Shown in pieces: positions 15,385-28,420 of a DNA stretch of 64,000 nt. Position numbers and translations under genes: made by a program. The stretch lies in assembly GCF_009914755.1 (NCBI RefSeq), contig NC_060945.1; one strand, 5' to 3'. The notes under the pieces were generated by a model. The model saw only the letters and a list, made by a program, of their open reading frames with translations. It was not told the DNA's origin and ran no database searches. Position 1 is the first letter of the stretch, and each line of letters starts with the position of its first letter. Source of the DNA: the human T2T-CHM13v2.0 reference genome, Homo sapiens.

Positions 15385-16032
15385 TTTTATTTTTATTTTT
15401 AGAGATGGCATCTCTCACTGTTACCCAGGCTGGAGTGCAGTGGTGTGATCCTTTGGACTCAGTTGATCCTCCCGCTTCAGCCTCTTGAGTAGCTGAGTCT
15501 ACAGGCATGCACCACTGTGGAGTCCAAATTAGTAAGCAACAATGAGAAAGGGGCCCCCTGTGGGGAGAGCCATTGTTCTGAGAGACCGGTAATCACAGAC
15601 AACCCACTAGCACAACATCCTGTTCCCAAATACCTCGCGCCACACAGCGCCAGCAGCACAACCTCATTCTGCACATAGCCCCCTCCAGTGTGAACCTATA
15701 AAACTTCCCTCCAGCCCCTGCCTCTCTGCACACAGCCCTTTCTCTGCTGTGCTGTCCATTAAACCCTTGCAACATTTCTCTGTACCTTACCTAATAAATT
15801 GGCCTTTCTTTACTTACAACTGTCTTGGTAAAATCTTCTACCACCTGTGATGCTGGCCCCAGCCAGTCGCACCCACGACAGCCACCATGTCCGGCTTTTT
15901 AAAAAAATTTTTGTAGAGATGGGGTCTTGCCATGTTGCCCAGGCTGGTCTTGAACTCCTGGCTTCAAATGATCCTCCTGCCTCAGCCATCTAATATGCTG
16001 GGATTACAAGCGCAAGCCACCGTGCCTAGGCT
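15385..16032 (-). mobile_element. AluJ split by a solo LTR
   Basis: The Alu runs to ...acaggcatgcaccac (15515) and resumes at gccaccatgtccggct... (15881). Confidence 0.85.
15516..15880 (+). mobile_element. Solo LTR (ERVL class, possibly LTR47-like)
   Basis: TG...CA ends, TATAAAA at 15697, AATAAA at 15793, 5-bp TSD accac/gccac. Family name tentative. Confidence 0.75.
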
Positions 16033-17322
16033 GCAAACGTTTTTCTAAACGTTAAAGCAATCATTTGTTTAAAACTATTTTTAATTTGAAAAGAGAGAGA
16101 AAGTACAATACGTAAATGCGTGAAATTGGTGGTGGGCTGCAAAAATGCTCATACTGAGTTCTTTCTGTCTGTCCCCTCTCGACTTGGTTATCAATTCCTG
16201 CACCCCCTTGGGCTCTGTCAGGATTGCATCCTGTCTGCTTTGTACACATGGAACAGACTTCTGGGTTCTTGGCAGCCCTAAGGGATCAGGCTCTAGTGAG
16301 TGATCACAGCCAGCGCTGCCTTCCTTTCAGGCCCTGGTGCTTCTCTGTTTATGTGCCTTACGGCTTCTGCAGCGCTGCGATGCCTGGAGGAAGAATTTCC
16401 CACTTAGAGGCTTACTGCTCTGTGCACAGACACGCGAGTTGCAGAATGAGTGTCTAATTTGGCGTGGCCCATGAAGGGTGAAGGCTCAGCCCCAGGTCTT
16501 GGTTTACCTTCAGCTGCTGGCAATGGAGGTGAGGGGGAGGGTGGGGCCGTGGGTTTCCACTTAATTTGTTTCTCCTGGATCTTTGGCCCTGGCAGCCTCC
16601 CTTCAGCATTTTGAGGTACGGATAAACCCCCGGAGAAGGTTTGTTCAGATTCCATTTGACACCAGTTATCTCGGTCACCCTGTGTCTGAGTGCCGGCTAA
16701 GTAGCTGTCCGCCTGCATTTCCCATTGCAGTCTTCTCACTTCCAGGACTTGTTAGGGTGCATTAGCCAGAGCTAATTAGCAGTGAGATTGTTGCTGTGGC
16801 TCAGAGGGTTTCATAGGGCGGCTCTTCGTGGCTTCAGCATGGGTGCAAACCAAGGGATGACGTGAATAGCGATCCTGACAGTTGTGTTTTCATCAGGGAG
16901 CTGCTGTGACCCTCTCGTTGGAATGCCGTGAATATGATGTGGTTCTGTCTTCCTTGTTGCTACTTTTTGGCGGGGAAGTGATGTGTGAATTCGGAGAAGG
17001 AAGCAGAGGAGGGCCGGGTGGGCGTTGCCCTGGGCAGGTGCTGTAGAGGGAGGGGACAGTGTGGAAACTGGGCTGAGGGAGTTAACCCCTCTCACCAGGC
17101 CCCTTCCCAGCCCAGCGTCCGCAGAAGTGGAAGGGAAATGGCAGTGAGGCCTCATGTGGCAGGTGGTTTTCCAAAGCTAACTACAAAGCTGTTGCCACGC
17201 CTATGGTCTTCTGTGAACTTGCCACCCTGTGATGGTGGAGCCTCTGCGTGGTGGAATCCTGGAATCCGACTGCATGGAGCATCGGAATATGGTGAAAAAT
17301 CACTCCGTTCCTCGTGTGGATA

Positions 17323-17896
17323 GGTAAACCAAAAATAAAATTCCAACCCCGCCCCCCGCCCTCCCCATCTGAAGGTACCCCTCCCCTTGGCAAGGGTATT
17401 GGAAGGCTAACCTGAGGGACTGGTTCAGGCCACGATGTGGGGCGGGGGCTGGACATGCCTCACTATCCCCTCCTCCCTTTCAGAATGACTGATAGAACAG
17501 GCTCTTTCAGTCTAATGAGAAACATTTACAATCTCTTCTCTCTGAAGCCTGCTACCTGGTAGCTTCACCTGCATAATAAAACTTTGGTTTCCACAACCCC
17601 TTAACATAACCCAGACACTCCTTTCTATTGATGCCAGGTCTTTAGATAGTAACTTAACTCCTTCAACCGATTGCCAATCAGAAAAAATTTAAATCTAACT
17701 ATAACCTGGAAGTCCCCTCCCCGCTTCCAGTTGTCCCGCCTTTCTGGACAAAACCAATGTTTATCCAACATGAACTTGATGTCTAGTGTCTCCCTAAAGT
17801 GTGTAAAACTAGGCTGTGCCCTGACCACCTTGGGCACATGTTCTCAGGGTCTCCTGGGGCTGTGTTATGGGCAGAGTTTGGCTCTTTTCACTGACA
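17323..17896 (+). mobile_element. Solo LTR, MER4A-like (ERV1)
   Basis: gtaaaccaaaaataaaattcc...gctaacctgagggactggttcaggcc...tttggctcttttcactgaca; 4-bp flanks gata/gaca. Confidence 0.8.
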
Positions 17897-18905
17897 GACA
17901 TTAACATTAACTGAGGTGCTTTGGCTTCTAGCCCCTTGGAAGATGCCGTCCTGTAAGGAGGGGCACCTGGAGACTTCCCGACTGGGAAGAGCTCACATCT
18001 TGTGGAGTTTGGGGGCTGCGGAGACAGAGCAAGACAAGGAGGCTGAGGCACCCGCTGATGGTGCTTGGGTCAGAGACACATCCTCTGTGCCTGTCCTCCC
18101 AATCCCTGACCTGTAAAATCATGAGAAAATAAAGGATGATTTGAAGCCTTGAAGTGTGGGGAGGCTGCCTATGGAGCAACCACATCACCGGAGCATCCAG
18201 CCAAGACAAGGCTGGGATGCGGATGAGGTTGTAAGATGAGCTGCCCAATAGCCTGGTGGATGGGGATTTCAGCGGCTCTCCCAGGCAAAGAGAGGGGCAT
18301 CTGGCAGGGCCCAGTGAAGACTCTGGCTTCCTGTGCAGCCTGGTGGAGGCCCCCATCTCACTGCCTCTGGGTGTGAGAGGGGACTGAGCAAGAGCAACTC
18401 ACTGTCCGCTTGCTGGGAAGCTCAACGTTCATCTCCCCACTTAGCAAATGCATCCCGATTACGTGTCCACAGGCCTGCTGAGACAGGAGGAGCAAACAGG
18501 TGACCTGGGCCCTCAGCAACTGACGGTGTAGTGGCACGTCCCAAGAAATCCCTGCACATCCCTGGGAGGGGCAGGCGGGTTTCCATGGGTCACTCAGAGT
18601 GGGGAGTGCAACCCAGATGGTGGCTGCTCCACCAAGAGCCTCCCTTAGCTGGTACCTCTCTGGATGCTCCTCTGGGGAGTCTTAGCGATGGAAGCAATAT
18701 GGCCATCAAGGTATCATAGCTGGGTCATGACATGAGCACCTCCTGAATCCAGGTGGATAAATACAGGTGAGATTTCCTTAGGGGCTTTGAGGCACCACTT
18801 GTTGAGACCCCTCTCCCTCGAGGAACAGGGAGTCATGTTTAGGGACTAAGCCCTGATCTTTTTCCCTTCGTCTTTGTTATCCTTGGCAGTAGCCCTGAGC
18901 CCTCC

Positions 18906-19819
18906 TGTAAAAAGTAAAGTAGAGGTTCCTCTTCAAAGATTTTCTCCCCATTTAATTAGGAATAAATAGTAACTTCTCTTAAAAGCAAAATTTAGTCAAA
19001 GACCTGCACTAACATTCTTAAATATCTGCTAGCCGTAATAAAGAAATCAATATACTTTATGTTCTTAGCTCCCACAATTTAGCCTAAATATTTGCCATGA
19101 CATGCTTATACTGGTCCAAGCAAGCATTAGGTCATAGCCTGTTCCTCTTCCTTATTTGAAGGTGGTTTTACCTTTCTCAGCATTCCGCAAAGTTACTTCC
19201 TCCTTCCTCTGTTCTCCTCTGCCTTTGCCTGTTTTAAAAAGTTCTAAGTTGCTAGCCAATCGAGACAAATACAGAATGTGAGGTTCCCTTCCAGCCAGTG
19301 GAAACCGGACACAGCAGTAGGGTGGACGCGCCAGGTTATAAATGATCCCGTCTCCTTTGTTTGGTGTATTGTCGTGGCAAAACTGCTGGCGAGTGTACCC
19401 TTTCTGCAGAAAGTATAAAAATGGCCTTGCTAAAAAAATTAAATTTATGTTCAAGTGCTATTTCTTTCTTTCTTTCTTTTTTTTTTTTTTTTTGAGACAG
19501 AGTCTTGCTCTGTCGACTAGGCTGGAGTGCAGCGGTGCGATCCTGGCTCACTGCAACCTCCGCCTTCTGAGTTCAAGCAATTCTCTGCCTCACCCTCCCA
19601 AGTAGCTGGGACTACAGGCACATGCCGCCACGCCCGGCTAATTTTTTTGTATTTTTAGTAGAGACGGGGTTTCACCGTGTTAGCCAGGATGGTCTGGATC
19701 TCCTGACCTCGTGATCCGCCCACCTCGGCCTTCCAGAGTGCTGGGATTATAGGCGTGAGCCACCGCACCCGGCTCAAGTGCTATTTCTTTACGGCACCGG
19801 GAAACAAGCATTTTAAACA
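18906..19819 (+). mobile_element. Solo LTR10 (LTR10C-like, HERV-I group) containing an Alu
   Basis: tgtaaaaagtaaagtagaggttcctcttcaaaga...aaaca; perfect TSD cctcc (18901-18905 / 19820-19824). Confidence 0.8.
19468..19773 (-). mobile_element. Alu (AluSc/Y-like) nested in LTR10
   Basis: TSD tcaagtgctatttcttt on both sides. Confidence 0.95.
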
Positions 19820-20117
19820 CCTCCTGACTCACTGAAGCCAGTTTTTGTTACTGGGCAAGAAGGAATGGCTGAAGATCCCCCACAACGTGGTGCCTCCTCT
19901 GCCCAGCAGCCTGTGCCTTATGGTGTGAGACGCAGCCCCAAGGACTTTTCCTCAGGAGGAGGCTCATCTTATCCTGGGGCTTGTGGGTTTTGTCCTGGGC
20001 TCAGGAGGGCACTGCACGTTTATAAAATAAAACCTCAGATTTCTTTAATAATAGGGAATTAAAAGGGAGTGGATAAACTTAATGTAAAGACAATTCACAA
20101 ATGTTTTAATCAATAGT

Positions 20118-20479
20118 TGTATTACTCCACCCTCACGCTGCAAATAAAGACGTACCTGAGACTGGGTAATTTATTTTAAAAAAAGAGGTTTAATGGGCTC
20201 ACAGTTCCACGTGGCTGGGGAGGCCTCGCAATCATGGCGGAAGGTGAAGGAGGAGCAAAGTTATATCTTACATAGCAGGCAAGAGAGCATGTGGAGGGGA
20301 GCTTCCCTTTATAAAACCATCAGATCTCATGAGACGTATTCACTATCATGAGAATGATAAGGGAAAAACTACCCCCATAATTCAATTACCTCCCACTGGG
20401 TCCCTCCCACGACACGTGGGGATTATGGGAGTTAAGATTCAAGATGAGATTTGGGTGGGGACACAGCCAAACCATATCA
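20118..20479 (-). mobile_element. THE1-family solo LTR
   Basis: tgtatta...cctgagactgggtaatttat...gggtggggacacagccaaaccatatca; TSD atagt. Confidence 0.92.
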
Positions 20480-21282
20480 ATAGTTTAATCAAAGCTACTT
20501 ATGGGGAGCTAATTTGAAACTTCCTTCTGTTTCTTTCTTGTTCTGGACGTGTGCGTTACGATGTTATCACCAACTCTCCAGCAGCAGTGGGATGAGCTGG
20601 GAAGTTCATCATCATTTCTATGACTGATTGAGATTTGATTCTGTCTGATTTCATGCCTGCATGGGCACATTTTTCAAACAGTGTGTGGTCGGCCCGTTCC
20701 TCGTATTCATTCATGGCTTCTGTGTGAGGACACCTGTGGTCAGTGTTAAGGGGACAGTGTGCCCAGCAGGGATGATAAAGCTGTGGGCATCTTAGTGAGG
20801 TTCTTGGGGTAGCTCCTCACCCCTTGATCACCCCAAGGGCCACGTGGCTTGCCCCTGAACCTCCCTTCGCGTCCAGCTTCCTGGGCTGGTCAAACACTGA
20901 TTCCAAAGGAACACTCACACGTTGGTCTGCTTGAGGGCTGCAGAATCGTGTGTGGAAGTTTGGCAGCTCCTTGGCAAGCCTGCTCCTTCCCCAGCAAATG
21001 GAAACACCATTCTGAACACCTGGGCATTGTCTCTGATGTCCCTTTTCATCTCCCTACTCTCACACAATCCAGCTGCCTCTCTGCCTTCCACGGATATTAA
21101 GAACGTCCACCATCTCCTGAGTCCAAGCCCTTCTCACTCACCTCTTTCTTGAACTAATTTCTTCCTGTTTTTTTCCAGTCCTCCCTTCTGTTCATGTCTC
21201 TCCTCTGCACACTTCCATTTTGTGGTTCAGAAAATGTCACCGTCCCAGTCACACTTGCCTTATGGCTGTTGTGTCATAAATA

Positions 21283-22310
21283 CAGTTGACACTTGAACAA
21301 CATGGGTTTGAACTGCATGGATTCACTTATACACATATTTTTTCAATACAAATATATTTAAAAATTTTGGAGATTTGCAACAATTTGAAAAAACTTGCAG
21401 ATGAACAGCATAGCATAGAAATATTGAAAAATTAAGAAAAAGGTATGTCATGAATGCATAAAACATATGCAGATACTAGTCTATTTTAACCTTTACTGCC
21501 ATAAAGTATACACAAATCTATTATAAAAGGTTAAAGTTTATCAAAGCTTATGCACACAAACACTTATAGACCATATAGGGAGCCATTCAGTAGAGAGAAA
21601 TGTAAGCGAACGTAAAGGTGTGCTATTTAATCACAACTGCATACACACTGTACCACTGCACTAATTTCAGAGCCACCTCCTGTTGTGATTGTGGTGAGCC
21701 CAAGTGTTGTGAGGATCTGCTTAAAATGCCATGTGATGCTCATCCTGTCTGTGTGAGCAGTTCATTTCTCCAGGAGATCGTGCATCGCAGGAAAAAGTGA
21801 TCTCTCGAGTATCCTGTGTATTTTATGTCGTGTCTGGTGCAATATTGTAAACATTGAATAACATCATGGGACCCATGCGAAGTTCCACTAGTGGTGCTGG
21901 AAGTGCTCCCAAGAAGCAGACAAAAGTCATGACATGCCAAGGAAAAGTTGACTTGCTACAGAACTCGGATTGAGGCCTGCCGCTGTGGTTGCTGCCATTT
22001 CAGACAGATGATCCAGCTTGTAAACAGATGACATAAACTTATGGTATTGATAATAGGGCATAGCACTGTCCATGTACTTTCTCTTCCTTATGATTTTCTT
22101 AACAATGTTTTCTTTTTTTCTAGTTTACTTTACTGTAAGAATACAGTCTGTAATGCATATATGAAATGTGTGTTAACCGTTTATGTTATGGGCTTCCAGT
22201 CAATTATACTACTAATAACTTCCAGGCTATTAGTCAAATTTTTAGGGAGTCAAAACTTATATGTGAATTTTTGACTGTGTAGGGGTCCTGCGTTCTTCAA
22301 GGGTCAACTG
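21283..22310. mobile_element. Tigger2-family non-autonomous DNA transposon (Tigger2b-like)
   Basis: TIRs cagttgacacttgaacaa ... ttcttcaagggtcaactg; TA at the left flank; ~1.03 kb. Confidence 0.88.
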
Positions 22311-22730
22311 TGCACCGCACTGGGTGGCTTAAACAACAGAAACGTATTCTCTCATGGTTCTGGAGGCCAGAAGTCTGAAATCAGTACTACTGGGCTGAAA
22401 TCAAAGTGTTAACTGAGCCCCTCTCCCTCTGGAGGCATCGGGGGGAATTCCCTTCCTTGTTTCTTCCAGTTCTGGTGGCCTGTGGTCTTCCTGGGTTGCG
22501 GCCACATCACTCTGATCTCTGCCTCCTTCTCCTCTGTGTGTGTTCTGGATCTGCCTCTCTCTTATAAGCTACATGTGATGGCACTTAGGGCCCACCTGGA
22601 TAACACAGGATAAGCTCCTTCTCTCAAGAATCTCTACCTTATCACTTCTTTTGCCGTATAAGATAACAGTCACAGGTTCTGAAGATTAGGAAGTGAATCT
22701 ACATGCAGGGGCCCCTTGTTTTGCCTGCCA
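22311..22730 (-). mobile_element. MLT1 LTR (MLT1C-like); its start at ~21250-21282 is separated by Tigger2
   Basis: ctgggtggcttaaacaacagaaa...ggttctggaggccagaagtctgaaatca...ttagggcccacc. Confidence 0.85.
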
Positions 22731-23899
22731 CCACCACCCTACTTCAAGATGGCACCCTTTCCCCTCCAGCTTCCTTTCTCTGCTTTATTTCCTCTCATAA
22801 CATTGGGAATAAGGAAACAGAAAGCTCCAGGGTTTCTTAGCAGTCAGTCCCTGGAGTTGGTGAATTTTAGGCACTAAAATGCCCAAGAACTGTAATGCAC
22901 CAAGAACTGATGGCCTCTGTATTGGTCGGGGTAAAGAAGCCACTCAATGGATTTCAGGTCTGAAGGGCTTAGTTAGGGAGTTAGGGGCTTGCCTATCTGC
23001 TGGGAGAGCTGGAGGAGAGAAGGTCAGGACTTGTCTCTCCTGAGGCACTGAAATATCTGGGTTTCAGAAAACTGGAGTGACTCCCAGGGTCTCTGGGCAG
23101 TTTGCAACAACTTTCTCCAACTGCAGCAGCAAAGTAGGCGATGTCGAAGAGTTTACCAGATGGCCGTGGAGTCTCATGTGTCTGCTTGCAGCTGTTTTGG
23201 GACAAGAGGGGCTTCTCCTTCTCTCCTCTTTCTAGGCTTCACACAAGTTCCTCTCATGGACAGACTCACCCAGAACCAGACAGGGATGGAGAGTTGGTAA
23301 AGGTAATTCCTGGCTTCCTTGAGATGCAAAGGGGAGTGTAGAAGGTAGTGGCACTGGTGATGCAGGCTGACCTCCCATCTCCAGCCCCACAAACAGTGGG
23401 GAATAATTCGCATGTCCTCACAACACAAGTGTCACCGTGTTTATTTCTCAATACTTCTGCTTATCTTTAAAATGCACTCATCCATTCGTTGGCTAGAATA
23501 GATTGAATGCTTACTCTGGACAAGGCATGGCTTCCACTGAAATGCATGTCTGGCTCATATATTTGCTCTGGGGAATTCTTCCCTAGATCTCCTTTCCCTT
23601 ACTCTCTGCTCTTCCCTCACTTTCTTCTCTTTTCTCCCATTCTTTCATTTTCTTTCCCTTTTTCTTTTCTCCTGATTCAATGGTGAACTTTTGTGAAGTC
23701 CCGTTTAAGTCTTCATTCACTCAATTCATAAACATGCCTTCCCTTTTTTTCTGTATCATTCAAGGATTTTGGATGCAAATAAGAAAGCTTGAACTCTGGT
23801 TGGGAAGTAAACTCTACATTTTGAACTGCATATACTCATTGTCATGTCCTCTGTTGGAAGTGCTATTCCCTTGGGTACCAAGATCTCTAAACAAGCAGA

Positions 23900-25900
23900 C
23901 CCTATAGGTTGTAGGATAAGATGCAAACATTTTGCAAATGGGTCTTAGATGTAGTCCTGAGATGCCCCATCTCCACTTCCTCTCCTTCTTCCCATTCCCA
24001 TGTCTTCCCGTAATGGGAGAAATAGTCTCATATCACACAGGTCACTGGCTCAGCATGCACACTGTATCCTGTGAGATGGCCCTCAATCTTGCAGGGTGTA
24101 GCCTCCCAGTTGATGGTGTAACTGAGTCTTCAGTAGGCCTCTTCATGAGCCTAGCTGATTGTGAATAATGGGTACATGGTCAGGCTTGTGAATTCCATAG
24201 GCACCTGGTCATTGCCTTAGTTCTTCTGCTGGTGTGATACCAATAATGTGATAAAGTGAATCCTTGTTCAGAAGCAGTGTCATGTCTGATACTGCGACAG
24301 TAAGAAAGGTGACCAGTAGGGCCATGTGCGATGGTGTTGGTATAAGTGAGGGTGTTGGAAAAAGCAAGCCGAAATCAGAGTAAGAGTCTCTTCCAGTGAG
24401 AATGTATTGCTGGGGTGATGGAGTCCCAGTGAAACAACTGGTTGCCAGGTAGCTGCCATATTGGTCTAGAATTGAGTGTTCACACGTGGTTACTGCATTG
24501 GAAAATTAAGTACTCAGTGGTGTAGCAGCTGAGTCAGCCTTGGAGAAGGAGCTGTCTGTATTTTTGAGCTCATGAATAGGATCCATCCTGAAACCATGGT
24601 CCCTTTGTTGCTGGGTTCCCAAGCAAGCACAATGATGGTTGGGGAGGTTGGTGATTGACAGTCATAGGTAGCAGGGCCTTAATACAAATGATCGGGACCC
24701 TTCTCCGCAGTAAAGACTTATTGGTGAGCATTTGCGTGGACCACAGGTATTCGCACACCCAGCGCTCATTCCTAAGGGTCTTCTTTCTGAATTTATTGAC
24801 GCCAATCATCCAACTGTGCTTCTTCCAAGACCCTGGCTGCCCAGTCAAACCAATAGTCACTGCCTATGTTCTGGTCTAGCTATTTCTTCCCCTAGGCAAA
24901 GTAGACAATGAGAGAACCCTTGAAGTTATGTCTACTAAAAATATTTACCTTCTCCACCATCTTTCAGAATCATCTCTGGTTTGTTTTGGGAAATGTTTAA
25001 CAACAGGCTCTCTGGAAAAATAGAAGCTGTAATTTGTAGTATTTGCCAATTTCTGTGGTATAAATATTCCCACAGTCACCAGTCTCAAGCTACTGGCTTG
25101 ACGTCACTGACTGCAGAGTTGGGAAGAGAGGTGCCATTGTCTTCCATTAGATAGCATTTCCACCAGGCATATACAATAGATGTCAGTGACCTCAAGAACA
25201 GAGATAATAGTGAAATACATAAAGCGATGAAGAAGAGATGAATTTTGAGTATTTTTTTTAAATCTTTGTTTTAAAACATAATTTATTTAATTGTAAGTTT
25301 ATATAATTTTGTTTTTAATAGTGGTTGTGTTTAACAACCAGCCTGCAAAATTCCTGGAAGAATTTCGGTTGGCTCTTGTGAACTGGTCCCAGCCGGCTCC
25401 AGCTCAACACTGGCTGTAATGCTGCAGTGTTCGTCCCACTGCTGGCTGGGGCATACGTGGTTGGCAGTGCTACCAGTAAATTGGGCCCCTTTTTTTTCTC
25501 GCCAGGTAACTGGTCATAGAGAACTTCCCATGAGGCCTTAAGAGTGGATTAAGGAATGGGTAGCAGTGAAATGAGACTAAGCATGCCAGGAGTTTGCAAC
25601 CCCTACCTCCACTTATGCAACTTTCTATGGTCTTCAGACCTGCTCAATCCCTGGCCTGTACATGCCATCCCCCCCAGCTGATGCAATGCTGCTGGGGTGC
25701 CCACTTGATGGCCAGCTGGGAGAGACCCAGCAGGACCTAGTATTAGTGGAGTGACCCTGCTAGGAGGTCACTCACCCCCAGTCAGCTGTTTCCTCCATCA
25801 TTAGCCAGTGTTGTGCCCCTGCCAGCCTTGGCAGGGGTTGATTAACGTTCTTATACCCCCTCTGGCTCTAGCCTACTGACTCTGTCACCGTGTAGCTAAT
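23900..25900 (-). mobile_element. Degenerate ERVL/MaLR internal (pol-like) relic
   Basis: ORF 24570-24860(-) WKKHSWMIG... resembles the ERVL RNase H region; heavily frameshifted. Confidence 0.55.
24985..25412. mobile_element. hAT DNA element (MER63-like)
   Basis: aaatgtttaacaac...gacgtcactga...ccggctccagctcaacactg terminal motif. Confidence 0.55.
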
Positions 25901-26029
25901 GATGGGGTAAATGCTGGTGTTCATTTCTTCCTTTCAATACAAAAGGACCCAGACATTAGATCATCTCACAGTGTTCACTATGTAACCAGCAGTATAACTT
26001 TCCATTCATTGTTATAATTGTGTGATACT

Positions 26030-26200
26030 AATTGTCATTTGTGATGTAATTTCGGACTAAATATTTAAATCTCTGAGCCTCTGTTTCCTCAGCTAGAAAA
26101 TAGCTACTGATACTACTGATCTTGCAGGACTATAAGGATTAAATAAGATAATGTATAAAGAATGCCCTGCACCTATACATAAAAGTGCCAATGAGTGGTG
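26030..26200 (+). mobile_element. MIR
   Basis: Core tctctgagcctctgtttcctca...aggattaaataagataatgta. Confidence 0.75.
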
Positions 26201-27217
26201 GTGTTTGTAGTTGGGGTGGTTGTGCTGTGATACAGTCCACAAAGGGAAGGAGTCATCTGTTCACCTTGAGTCTATAAAAGTGAAAAAACAATGGTTTTTG
26301 AGACTGGCTTGACAAGAAAGAAGTTGGAAATGAGACCTGAAATGTATTGACCATAGCCTCTGGCAAGGCTACTCTGTCCTCACTTTACCCCGCTGTACTA
26401 GTGAAAAGCAATGGTTTGGGGAGCCACATTTCCCATTTTCTTGTCTTTGGGATTTCCTTGATGCTGGAGCACAGGGAGGCAGAGACTGATCTGCTCCAAG
26501 CCTCCTTGGGGGATGGAAGGTGGCCCACATGTCTTCTCTCTGGAGATGATTTCAGGATTTTGAGAGAAAATAAACATGGAGCTGTGATTTAGGAAAACTG
26601 TAAATCAAGCAGCTGTTGGGAAGACCCAAAGTGACATATTTATTTATAAGGGAAGAAAGATCATATTATATGAGCAAACATATAAAAGGATGTGTGTATT
26701 CGTGCTGGCTAAGGACAGCTGCCATAAAATATACACATATATTTTATGTGGGAGACACGTGCTGTTCCGAGTTCCTCCACTGTGCTCTTTGAGTCCCATT
26801 GGGTGTAACATCTGTCCATCCTGAGGGGCCCTGCCTAGGTGGTGAATGTGGAAGCGCTTGCCTTTCTGGGGTACATACTGACCTTAGGTGGTTAAATGTA
26901 TCCTACTGGTTATAAGTACCTGGGTCACAGCCACAAGCAATAATTGGATAAAAGGACTCCTTTAGTTAATGTATACTAATTAATTTCACAGAAATCACCT
27001 GTAAGAGCTGATGTAAGTAGTGCGTTGTGTTTTGTCAAAATATGAGATAATTTGGTAGATTAAACATTTCTACTATAGATGGAAAGCACCCAATAATTCC
27101 CAGCTGGCAAAGAATGAAATTTCAAAGAATGAAATTTTCACAATATAATGCAACTGTGAAAGCAATAATAAAGGTTTCAGTGGCTGCTGTAGTCACCTGA
27201 ATGGCAAACTCTGAATA

Positions 27218-28084
27218 TTCCATCCACCCCCTCCCACTCAGCCACCCATCCAGTCACCCATCTACTCATCTATCCATCCATCCATCCCTCCACCCACCCG
27301 CCCAACCATCCATCTACCCATCCACCCATCCATTGACCCATCCACTCATCCACCCATCTACCCATCCACCCATCTACCCATCCACCCATCTACCCATCCA
27401 CACATCTAGCCATCCACACATCTAGCCATCCACCTTCCCACCCATCCACCCATCTATCCATCCACTTATCCACCCATTTACCCATTCACCCATCCACCCA
27501 TCCATCCATGTACCCATCCATCCACCCATCTACCCATCTACCCATCCAACAATCCACCCATCTACCCATCCAACAATCCATCCATCTACCCATCCACCCA
27601 TCAACCTATCCACCCATCTGTCCATCCACTTATTTACCCATCTACCCATGCACCCATCCACACATCCATCCATCCACACATCTACCCATCCACCCATCCA
27701 CACACCCACCTATCCACACATCTACCCATCCATCCACCCATATACCCATCTACCCATTCAACCATCCACCCTTCTACCCATCCACCCATCTACCCTTCCA
27801 CCTATCCACCCATCCACTCATCTACCCTTCTACCCATCCACTCATCTACCCTTCTACCCATCCACTTACCCATTCATCCACTCATCCACCCATCCACCTT
27901 TCTGCCCATCCACCTATGCATTCATCCACCCATCCATATATCCATCCACCCATCTACCTATCCACCCATCCACCCATCCACCCATCCACCCATCCACCCA
28001 TACACCCATCTACCCATCCACCTATCCATCCACCCCTCCACTCAGCCACCCCTTCATCCATCCATCCATCCATCCATCTATCCA
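27218..28084. repeat. Degenerate (CCAT/CCAC)n simple repeat, ~870 bp
   Basis: Runs of ccatccacccatctac units; explains the P/H/S/T-rich spurious ORFs. Confidence 0.97.
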
Positions 28085-28420
28085 ATAAATAAGTACTGAA
28101 CACCAACTAAGCTCCAAGCATTACAAAAGGTGCTGAGAACAAAGATGAGTGAGACCACCTTTGGCTGACAGAGAGCTTGTCATGTACTGGGGAAGACAGA
28201 CAAGAGGAGTGAACACACAGGGCAGCGTTAGTTTACAGATCTTTGAAGACCCATACTTGGAAGCCTACTGGCTCCCCAGGGGAGTTAGGGAAGGATGTCT
28301 GAGTTCCCTGGATGGCTCTGAATTCACATTCCAGAAAGAAAGGAACAATATTGTCAAAGCCGAAGTGGCCTAAGAGGGTGTGCCCTGTCTAGGGAAAGTA
28401 GACATTTGATAAGGTAGGCT
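28075..28420 (-). mobile_element. L2 3' end
   Basis: caataaataagtactgaacacc...ggtgctgagaacaaagatgagtgagac...gagcttg. Confidence 0.6.

Noticed and set aside
27201-28092. ORFs of up to 194 aa rich in P/H/S/T/I
   Set aside because: Translations of the (CCAT)n repeat; no coding evidence.
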